DNA of 42,269 bases from Patescibacteria group bacterium (GTDB taxonomy: Bacteria > Patescibacteriota > Minisyncoccia > 2-02-FULL-40-12 > GWA2-44-9), in the NCBI GenBank assembly GCA_038065335.1, contig JBBTRD010000013.1, positions 1 through 42,269 of the forward strand, given 5' to 3'. Shown piece after piece: positions 35,701-42,269 of this stretch (position 1 is its first letter; the number at the start of each line of letters is the position of its first letter). Made by a program: the position numbers and the translations under genes. The notes below the pieces were generated by a model, which saw only the letters and a program-made list of their open reading frames with translations, was not told the DNA's origin and searched no databases.

Positions 35701-35944
35701 GTTCGTTGTATTTTGGCTCCTCAAGTTTATAGTCCAAAAAACTTAATTGGAGTTCTTTGGCGGTCCAATCTTCGATCGGCGAAACCTCGGCAAGAAGCTC
35801 TTTGAATCCGACATCCAAAAACCATTTATAAGAATCCAGCTGAACCTGCACAAGATTCGGAGCTTCAAATTGATCGACGCTAAATTTAGAAAATAGTTTC
35901 CGAGACATACGATCAATGGCAACCGGCACCTTTATGCCAGTCAA
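32738..35944 (-). CDS. rpoB: DNA-directed RNA polymerase subunit beta
   Basis: 1068 aa with [33 protein letters not shown] and NMQKQAVPL. The track start is a TTG; an internal ATG (MSRKLF) is possible. Confidence 0.97.
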   Translation of the reverse strand: [1068 protein letters not shown]

Positions 35945-35985
35945 TTATTTTCACCCACGACCTGAAGCTTCCTAATAGACGACGA

Positions 35986-36018
35986 TAAAAACGCACACGA
36001 TTGTCCATGCTGTGCGTA
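35986..36018 (-). terminator. Terminator or attenuator hairpin about 40 nt upstream of rpoB
   Basis: Minus strand reads ACGCACA-GCATGGACAATC-GTGTGCGT followed by TTTTT. A second 10-bp perfect stem, GCTATTGAGC/GCTCAATAGC, lies at 36078..36120. Confidence 0.6.
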
Positions 36019-36127
36019 GTTTTCTATTCGTTTATAATTTTTCGGGATGCGTCCAGGGCAAGGTGGGCGAATTGTTAGCTATTGAGCACCCGTTGGTGAA
36101 ACCTGCGAAGGCTCAATAGCCCGCAAT

Positions 36128-36388
36128 TTACTTGACTTTTAGAGCTTCTGCGACTGTCCTGACAACCATGGAAGACGCACTCGATTCATCCTCAAAATCC
36201 TCCAAAACAATGTCAAGAGATGATACTTTGGTTATTCTATTCCTTTTTAAAAGTTTGTCAATAGAAGTTACCAACACCGTATCAAAGTTAAAATCAAGAG
36301 GCATTATCAACATGTCCACGACCGCCTCTTTTTCGATCAACTGTACTTCCACGCTCTCCTTATTTTTTTTAATAATCTTCAGAATCAT
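36128..36388 (-). CDS. Hypothetical small protein (86 aa)
   Basis: ORF only. It occupies the position upstream of rpoB where rplL often sits, but it does not look like L7/L12. Confidence 0.45.
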   Translation of the reverse strand: MILKIIKKNKESVEVQLIEKEAVVDMLIMPLDFNFDTVLVTSIDKLLKRNRITKVSSLDIVLEDFEDESSASSMVVRTVAEALKVK

Positions 36389-36561
36389 AATTTTTTAATT
36401 TCTAAATTCTAATGCCTAAATCCTAAATAAATCCCAATTACCGAATTCCAAAAAAGTCAGAGATGGACTCTCCTAATGAACTACTAAAATTTTGTTTGAT
36501 AGTCAGGTATAATTATTACCCCCCTTTTAAACCAATTTTGTTTTAGGAAGGTTGTGGATTG

Positions 36562-38346
36562 TTAATTACTAAGAGTAGTAAAAAAGTATCTGATGGTCTG
36601 TAAACCATTCTCTAATGCATCCGGAGAAAAGACGTCATATGAGTAATTAGCACCACTATTAAGACCAGAGAGTAGCACGGAGTGTTCAATAACCAACACT
36701 GGATTTGAAGCCCCCTTTCCATAGGTTGGTGCTGCTAAGTCATAATAATGCACCTCCGATGCCGCAGGCTCGTCGGTTGTCCACGAAATTACAGCAGAAT
36801 TTGTAGTAATCGCAGAGGCGGACACCGAAGAGATAGTCGGCTTGGTGGTGTCATAACTGAAATAATCGCTATAATCATATACTTCAGGGTGATCCCAATC
36901 AAAAACCATAACCCTGTAACCACTGCTCGACGCGGGAAAGAAACATAAATTAGCACATGGAAATTCTATTCTATATGAGTTATTCGAATCAACTATTAAA
37001 TTCGCAGTATACCCAATGGGATATGAGAGTGGGACAGTTAATGAGAAGTAATTGGGATATTCGTATACAATCTGTGTTCCCTTAAAAATCTTAAACCCGA
37101 ACTTGCTAATACCAGATGAGGTATAGTAAAAGCTAATGTTCAGATTACCTAAAACTCTTCCGCTCGTGGGCTGGGTCACGGTGATGGGAGCTGGAATTGG
37201 TGTCGGGGTAGGAACTGAAGTCGGAATCGGAGTAAATGAGCTTACGGTGCTATAACTAGTATTTCCACTTGAGTCGATAGATTTAACTCTAAAGTAATAC
37301 GAAGTGGAGGTGCTCAAATTTCTTAGACCTGTTTTATTACTATAGCCTATACTTCCGCTTGCAACCGTAGTCGCCACTTGGGTTAAGGTTAATACCCCCG
37401 AAGAAGTACCATATTCAACTAGGCTCGTAGCATTCTCGTTTGTAGTCCAAGATATGCTTGCACTCGTCTCTCTGATATTAGATACCAAGACATTAGAAAT
37501 AACCGGTAGAGTTGTATCACCCAGTGTAGGTGTCGGGGTGGGGGTAGCAGAAGGTGTGGGTGTGGAAATTGCTGTTGGAGTTGGCGTTAAGATAGGTGTC
37601 GGAGTTGGGGTGAATGTTGGCGTAGGAGTTGGAGAGACCACTGAACAATGTCCGACGGTATCACCATGAGCCAGATGGGCTTTTACGGCAGACACGCCAA
37701 CAGTAAGAGTTTCTGGTTTTAAAGTATTTCCGGGCGGATAGTGACAGATAACCGCTTGCCCAATTTCTTTGAAGCTCGAGCTTGCAGTTACTTCTTCGTG
37801 GGATACTTTCTTTCCCTCGCTCACACGTTCGTATTTTGGAACATCTTTAACGGTACCCATAGCATTGCCTTTCGGATACCAATCAAATTCCTTTTTATTT
37901 ATACAAAATACCTTTTTGAAGAAATCGGGGTCATCTTTAACCGCCTGCTCTCCGCTCGAGTTTACCCAGCGGAGCTTGCCCGAATCTTCGCCATCTATGT
38001 CAACGCCATAGACTTTTTGGTCATTGTTTTCGCAATTACGGAATAAGCCGGACGTTGGAAACGTATCCTTTACTTCGGTAGTTACTAGTTTTACGTTGAA
38101 AAACCCCCCTAAATGGCCGTAAAATTTAAATATCTCGGGATTTAGAAATAGACGCTTATATCCTGAGTCATTAATAATATATACATCTGGGTCATCGGAA
38201 AAGATGGCACTGATAAGATCGCCTTCTTTAAGACCGTAGTCAGCGGGTTTAGCGGCATTAGAATTTGGTATCGCAATAAATAATGCGGCCACAAATACAG
38301 ATGCAAAAACGACCAAGGAGACGAGTGCTTTAGTGTAATTTTTCAT
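36562..38346 (-). CDS. Secreted or anchored surface protein with a Pro/Thr linker and two Fn3-like domains
   Basis: N-terminal signal/anchor KALVSLVVFASVFVAALFIAIPNSNA, a (PT)n linker, and two repeats of the type TSASISWTTNENATSLVEYG / NSAVISWTTDEPAASEVHYY. Confidence 0.7.
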   Translation of the reverse strand: MKNYTKALVSLVVFASVFVAALFIAIPNSNAAKPADYGLKEGDLISAIFSDDPDVYIINDSGYKRLFLNPEIFKFYGHLGGFFNVKLVTTEVKDTFPTSGLFRNCENNDQKVYGVDIDGEDSGKLRWVNSSGEQAVKDDPDFFKKVFCINKKEFDWYPKGNAMGTVKDVPKYERVSEGKKVSHEEVTASSSFKEIGQAVICHYPPGNTLKPETLTVGVSAVKAHLAHGDTVGHCSVVSPTPTPTFTPTPTPILTPTPTAISTPTPSATPTPTPTLGDTTLPVISNVLVSNIRETSASISWTTNENATSLVEYGTSSGVLTLTQVATTVASGSIGYSNKTGLRNLSTSTSYYFRVKSIDSSGNTSYSTVSSFTPIPTSVPTPTPIPAPITVTQPTSGRVLGNLNISFYYTSSGISKFGFKIFKGTQIVYEYPNYFSLTVPLSYPIGYTANLIVDSNNSYRIEFPCANLCFFPASSSGYRVMVFDWDHPEVYDYSDYFSYDTTKPTISSVSASAITTNSAVISWTTDEPAASEVHYYDLAAPTYGKGASNPVLVIEHSVLLSGLNSGANYSYDVFSPDALENGLQTIRYFFTTLSN

Positions 38347-38516
38347 GTGATTATACTATATTCTTTTTACACACTTTGTCTATTGCCTGTCGTTAAGTCC
38401 TTGAGGCCAGGCCTCAATCAGAAATCCTCCCAACAAGGCTAAGCATTGTTTTTGTTCCATTGTGGACAACTATTGACCCTCGGCCGGTCAGTATGATATA
38501 CTCTTAGTATCACTAC

Positions 38517-38556
38517 GAAAAGGACCCCTATACGGTTTTGCTGTATCGGGGGCCTT
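38517..38556 (-). terminator. Bidirectional terminator hairpin after the NYN gene
   Basis: CCCCTATAC-GGTTTTGCT-GTATCGGGG (one mismatch) with T-tracts on both strands. Confidence 0.6.
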
Positions 38557-38557
38557 T

Positions 38558-39055
38558 TTATTTTCTATTTACTTTTGACCTAACCCAATCTAAATACACT
38601 ATCTTTGAATTTGTTCTTTTTAGAAGTACCGAACAGCGATTGCTTGGTGATAGAATCGCCAAAAGTTTATTCTTTTCTTGAAGAAACTTTATGAGACTCG
38701 CGTAATCGCCATCACTTGAAACAACTACCGCTTTATCAAATTTACTTTCGTAGGTGTCGCGTGCAACTTGCAAGACAAGATCAGCGTCGCAATTACCTTT
38801 CACTTTACCATTTCCATCATAGGTTGTTTCCTTAAAGACCAGAGTAAAACCAACTTCCTGAAGATAGGTATAAAGATCTTTATACCGTGGAACTAATCCA
38901 ATAAAAAGATAAGAGCGTTTAATCTGATATTTATTGTTGAGCCATAATCGAAAACGTTTATAATCCAGCTTCCACCCCAAATCAGCTATGCCCTTGTGTA
39001 AATTAGCTCCGTCAATATATGCAAAATTATTTTTGCTTTTTTGGATTTCGAGCAT
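38558..39055 (-). CDS. NYN (LabA/DUF88-like) domain protein
   Basis: 165 aa with AYIDGANLHKG near the N-terminus and VVVSSDGDYASLIKFL, which are typical NYN/PIN-like acidic motifs. Confidence 0.8.
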   Translation of the reverse strand: MLEIQKSKNNFAYIDGANLHKGIADLGWKLDYKRFRLWLNNKYQIKRSYLFIGLVPRYKDLYTYLQEVGFTLVFKETTYDGNGKVKGNCDADLVLQVARDTYESKFDKAVVVSSDGDYASLIKFLQEKNKLLAILSPSNRCSVLLKRTNSKIVYLDWVRSKVNRK

Positions 39056-39107
39056 TGGAATTTGTTTAGAAATTAGGATTTAGAAATTAGAAATTCCGTT
39101 ATGGATT

Positions 39108-40214
39108 TTATCCATAACGCTTTATGCTTTGTAAAATCCCTAGCCCGACCAGAAGCGACCAGAGACTGCTCCCGCCATAACTGATGAATGGAAAAGGAAT
39201 TCCGGTTACGGGCATCAAGCCCAGGTCTACTCCCGAACCAACAATGGCGTGAGTGGCAATAATAATCGTCAACCCAATTGCAAAGAGTCTTCCAAAATTA
39301 GACGTCATTCGACTCGCAATATTCATAATCCGCGAAATTAAAAAAACAATAGCCGCTAGAATGGCGCCGATACCAAAGAGGCCGAATTGATCGGCTGTGG
39401 AAGCAAACACAAAATCGTTATACGGTTCGGGCAAGAAACCATTGGATGTCTGGGGGCCCTTCCCCCAACCGCTTCCAAACCAGTGTCCCGCTCCAATGGC
39501 TATTTTTGATTGAATAAGATTGTAGCCGCTGCCATACGGATCGCTCCCGGGATTCAAAAAAGAGACAACCCGTACTTTTTGATATGGTTTTAAGACGAAG
39601 TTCCAGCCGATACTGCCGACTATCAACAATAAAACCGCCAAAACAAACAATTGTCGACGATTAAGACCGATCGCGACCAACATTCCAATCCAAACAAAAA
39701 ACATGATAATGGCCGAGCCTAGATCGGGTTGAATAAGAGTAATACCGATTGGAATCATGCAGTAGAGCCCAGAAACGATAATATGGCGATAATCATTAAT
39801 ATGAATATGACGTTGGGAAAAATACTTAGCCATCAAAACAACTAACGCTAGTTTTACGAACTCGGCCGGCTCGAAAGTTAACCCCCCGATAGATATCCAC
39901 GCTCTCACGCCCCGAATTGACTGAAACAAGAATGGCATCATCAGCAATACGACCGAAACAATATACAGGACAAACACTGCCACAGAATTATTTTTCAAAT
40001 ACCGATAATTAAAAAACGAGAAAATAGCCATCATAATCACACCTAAAACCACGAAAATAACCTGTTTCCAAAAATATGGATTTTGGGTCCCGCCAATGCC
40101 GTATAAGTTAAAAAGGCTAAACAAACAAAGCGCCACCACAGTGGCGAAAAGCGGTCTATCAATACCAGAGAAGTACTGCTTAATAATACTGCTGAAACTT
40201 TTCTTGAGTTCCAT
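39108..40214 (-). CDS. SEDS family peptidoglycan polymerase (FtsW/RodA/SpoVE)
   Basis: 368 aa with about 9-10 TM helices, QPDLGSA, FLPEPYNDFVF and a C-terminal PFISYGGSS. Confidence 0.85.
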   Translation of the reverse strand: MELKKSFSSIIKQYFSGIDRPLFATVVALCLFSLFNLYGIGGTQNPYFWKQVIFVVLGVIMMAIFSFFNYRYLKNNSVAVFVLYIVSVVLLMMPFLFQSIRGVRAWISIGGLTFEPAEFVKLALVVLMAKYFSQRHIHINDYRHIIVSGLYCMIPIGITLIQPDLGSAIIMFFVWIGMLVAIGLNRRQLFVLAVLLLIVGSIGWNFVLKPYQKVRVVSFLNPGSDPYGSGYNLIQSKIAIGAGHWFGSGWGKGPQTSNGFLPEPYNDFVFASTADQFGLFGIGAILAAIVFLISRIMNIASRMTSNFGRLFAIGLTIIIATHAIVGSGVDLGLMPVTGIPFPFISYGGSSLWSLLVGLGILQSIKRYG

Positions 40215-40986
40215 TTCGTTTTAAAAAATTAGCGTTATTAAACACATTAGTATTAACTTCGGTCTGAATACGAGCATCAGCCGGTAATACAAATGGCCAC
40301 GTAACTTTAATCGAGCGATTAGTCTGCGAAAGAAACGTCTGAAAGTTGGTCCTATTCGTCGCGATGATTGCCCCCGAACTATCAGTTACGACCATATTGA
40401 CATCAATTGTATCAAAATCAAAATTAGTATTATTTGTAATCACCGCTTGATAAATAGTTTGACCCATATCATGCATGGTTGCTTCTCTGGTAATAATGAA
40501 AGTAATATCTTGCGCCATAGTCACTTTCTGCCAATCAACGCTTTTAATATCCAGTTGGGCCAAAGAGTCATCAGACACACCTTTTAATGAGGTCTGGACG
40601 ATATATTTTGTCTGACCCGGCAAAATATAGAACGAGTTATTTTGACGTGAAATTTCTTTCCTCGTTGAATCAACGAGGACTAGATCGTAATCGGTTGAAT
40701 CGGCGCCATAATCAACGTTGGGATTGTAGACTAGCGCCGCCATATCATAATCTCCAATCGGTGTTTTTATTAGTCGCACATCCTGAACAACTAGTGCTTG
40801 GATCGATGAAGCGCAGGCCCTACCACACGCCACCGTCCCACAATCGACGCCTTCTTCTTGGCCATTCCTGATGTTATCACTGCAAGTTGGTCGATTTTTA
40901 GACCAATAGCTTCCACCCATAATCACAAGAATTATAAGAACATAGATACTACTAATAATAAGTCGTTTCGTCGTTCGATTAAGCAT
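40180..40986 (-). CDS. Hypothetical membrane-anchored protein with a Cys-rich module
   Basis: N-terminal TM segment, CSDNIRNGQEEGVDCGTVACGRAC, then a beta-rich region. It overlaps the SEDS gene start by 35 nt. Confidence 0.6.
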   Translation of the reverse strand: MLNRTTKRLIISSIYVLIILVIMGGSYWSKNRPTCSDNIRNGQEEGVDCGTVACGRACASSIQALVVQDVRLIKTPIGDYDMAALVYNPNVDYGADSTDYDLVLVDSTRKEISRQNNSFYILPGQTKYIVQTSLKGVSDDSLAQLDIKSVDWQKVTMAQDITFIITREATMHDMGQTIYQAVITNNTNFDFDTIDVNMVVTDSSGAIIATNRTNFQTFLSQTNRSIKVTWPFVLPADARIQTEVNTNVFNNANFLKRNGTQEKFQQYY

Positions 40987-40996
40987 AATCTATCTT

Positions 40997-41026
40997 AACA
41001 AAAGAAAAGGGGGCTTGGTAGCCCCC
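40997..41026 (-). terminator. Rho-independent terminator after the small zinc-ribbon ORF
   Basis: Minus strand reads GGGGGCT-ACCA-AGCCCCC followed by TTTTCTTTTGTT. Confidence 0.7.
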
Positions 41027-41044
41027 GGACCACATCGATGGCCG

Positions 41045-41356
41045 TCACCGAAACATTGAGGAGATAGGTACCGATGCGCAAAGATAGGCTTCCAACTTTC
41101 TTCGCACCGCCCGTTGACGCGGACCACCCAGAAATCCGTCAGCACAACACATCCGACAGATAAACATGGCCCGCCCTTGCCTGAACACCTGCTTGCCCTC
41201 ACAATGAGGACACAGAATTGGCAGTCTCTTTAACTGCCTCTCCACGTAAATCTGCCCAAAAACATCCCGTTGCATTTGAAAACGTGCGCGCTCTAACGTG
41301 TACATCAAGATCTTCTTCAGCCTCTTGCTTTGTGAGGGCGTGTTACGGACTACCAT
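41045..41356 (-). CDS. Hypothetical small zinc-ribbon protein (CxxC...CxxC)
   Basis: 103-aa ORF with CPHCEGKQVFRQGRAMFICRMC in a GC-richer patch between the 5S cluster and a terminator. Weak SD; it could be a gene remnant. Confidence 0.4.
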   Translation of the reverse strand: MVVRNTPSQSKRLKKILMYTLERARFQMQRDVFGQIYVERQLKRLPILCPHCEGKQVFRQGRAMFICRMCCADGFLGGPRQRAVRRKLEAYLCASVPISSMFR

Positions 41357-41451
41357 ACCAATTCAACCTTTCTGGCCGTAAGTCGGCCGTTATAAGTGCT
41401 GGAAAGATACTACCATATTAAGATTTTTTGTAAAACACAAAAACCAGTGAT

Positions 41452-41569
41452 CTGGCGGCACCCCGCCTGCTGGCTTGGGCATTTCGTCGCCTTCGCTCCT
41501 CAACTACCAACTTCTAAATACCGCACCTTCAGTGCTAGGGCGCCGAACGGCGAAAGTAGGCATCCGCCA
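41452..41569 (-). ncRNA. 5S-length (~118 nt) unit with 5S-type termini but a non-5S interior
   Basis: Minus strand starts TTGGCGGATGCC and ends GGTGCCGCCAG, followed by the same ATCACTGGTTTTTGTGT tail as the outer 5S. It contains AGCGAAGGCGACGAAATGCCC, which resembles the outer 5S. Confidence 0.3.
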
Positions 41570-41597
41570 ACTGGTTTTTGTGTACACAAAAACCAGT
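41570..41597. terminator. 28-nt perfect palindrome directly after the outer 5S 3' end
   Basis: ACTGGTTTTTGTGTACACAAAAACCAGT, checked base by base. It is the centre of a 73-nt inverted repeat (41549..41621). Confidence 0.6.
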
Positions 41598-41600
41598 GAT

Positions 41601-41995
41601 CTGGCGGCTACCTACTTTCGCCGGATGAGTCCGACTATCATGGGCCTTAAAGGATTTCGTCCCGCACTAAAACAAGCATATGCCACTTCATGCTTCCGCA
41701 TGAGGCATAACAGAGGATGCTTGTTTGGTGTCGGGACTTCGCTTCTGAGCCTACCCCGCACCGAATGAACAACCAGTCATAATCACTGTAGGGCAGCTAC
41801 CTACTTTCGCCGGATGAGTCCGACTATCATGGGCTCCGCGAGATTTCACTTCTGAGTTCGGGATGGGATCAGGTGGAGCACTCGCGACATAGCTACCTTA
41901 CACTAACTACGACACTAACTTTGTTCATTCTGGTGCGGGGTTCGGTCCGCCAACTGGCGGAGGGATCAGGTGGATTATCTAAAGATAGCCACCAA
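41601..41995 (-). rRNA. Outer 5S-like gene interrupted by three hairpin insertions, one of which carries a complete 5S
   Basis: 5' half GGTGGCTATCTTTAGATAATCCACCTGATCCC..CCGAAC and 3' half CTCAGAAGCGAAG..GAAATCCTTTAAGGCCCATGATAGTCGGACTCATCCGGCGAAAGTAGGTAGCCGCCAG. Helices I and II are compensated relative to the inner copy. Confidence 0.5.
41786..41903 (-). rRNA. rrf: 5S ribosomal RNA (canonical, inner copy)
   Basis: Minus strand reads GGTAGCTATGTCGCGAGTGCTCCACCTGATCCCATCCCGAACTCAGAAGTGAAATCTCGCGGAGCCCATGATAGTCGGACTCATCCGGCGAAAGTAGGTAGCTGCC. The termini pair as helix I. Confidence 0.88.
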
Positions 41996-42112
41996 GCTAA
42001 TGCTTTTGTTTTCTTAAATATTTTAGTTAGAGAATAAACATTTACTGTCTCGCTTCGCGAGATCTCCCGAAGGGAGACATTAAGTTACCAAGAAAACGTC
42101 AATCAAACGATT

Positions 42113-42269
42113 ACTCAAAATTATGACTGATTAGTAGTTCTCGGCTAAGCACGTCACCGTGCGTACACCTGAACCCTATCAACCTCGTAATCTACAAGGA
42201 GTCTAAGATATCTCATCTTGGGGCCCGTTTCGCGCTTATATGCTTTCAGCGCTTATCGGCACCGAACAT
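42113..42269 (-). rRNA. rrl: 23S ribosomal RNA, 3'-terminal ~157 nt (continues beyond the window)
   Basis: Minus strand reads ...GCTGAAAGCATATAAGCGCGAAACGGGCCCCAAGATGAGA...GTTGATAGGGTTCAGGTGTACGCACGGTGACGTGCTTAGCCGAGAACTACTAATCAG, which matches the conserved domain VI end. Confidence 0.9.

Noticed and set aside
37454-37669. Repetitive GGTGT/GGAGT tract as a possible repeat array
   Set aside because: It is the reverse strand of the Pro/Thr linker (TPTPTP...) of the surface protein 36562..38346, so it is a coding low-complexity region.
41452-41569. A third bona fide 5S rRNA gene
   Set aside because: Only the termini and length are 5S-like. The loop C/helix III signature (CCTGATCCCATCCCGAACTCAGAAGTGAAA) and the 3' domain are absent. 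It is listed only as a low-confidence ncRNA-like unit.

Overview
42.3 kb of gene-dense, moderately AT-rich bacterial chromosome made up almost entirely of housekeeping genes: dnaG-rpoD, murD, htpX, lemA, groES-groEL, uvrC, secG, RNase J, trpS, ychF, rpsF-ssb-rpsR, recA, ftsK, rpoB-rpoC, a SEDS RodA/FtsW protein, tRNA-Ser, tRNA-Leu, 5S rRNA and the 3' end of 23S. Compact proteins, lysine-rich extensions, a UvrC without the HhH tail, membrane-anchored hypotheticals and PaaX/Cas2-fold regulators suggest a Candidate Phyla Radiation (Patescibacteria-type) genome; this is inference only. Seven things are unusual. (1) The 5S locus is nested: a canonical 5S sits inside a long stem that interrupts a second, structurally compensated 5S-like gene carrying two further hairpin insertions, and is followed by a 73-nt inverted duplication of the 5S tail and a third 5S-length unit. 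(2) A ~100-nt GC-rich palindromic element occurs three times, once in frame inside uvrC, which resembles Rickettsia palindromic elements. (3) Short GC palindromes of the type TCCGCC..GGCGGA lie in frame in ychF and rpoC and in the outer 5S loop. (4) Two paralogous PaaX-like wHTH/Cas2-fold proteins are each bracketed by their own palindromic site. One 34-bp site occurs three times: on both flanks of its gene, upstream of ftsK, and in the divergent uvrC promoter region. (5) Three GC-richer single-gene cassettes each have their own near-consensus promoter, strong SD and terminator, including a ~0.6-kb island at 28.25-28.87 kb. (6) A DUF218 gene is bracketed by two long hairpins that share the same 11-mer base. 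(7) A ~97-nt repeat lies upstream of trpS and at the window edge. I recognised no CRISPR array, transposase, integrase or prophage genes.
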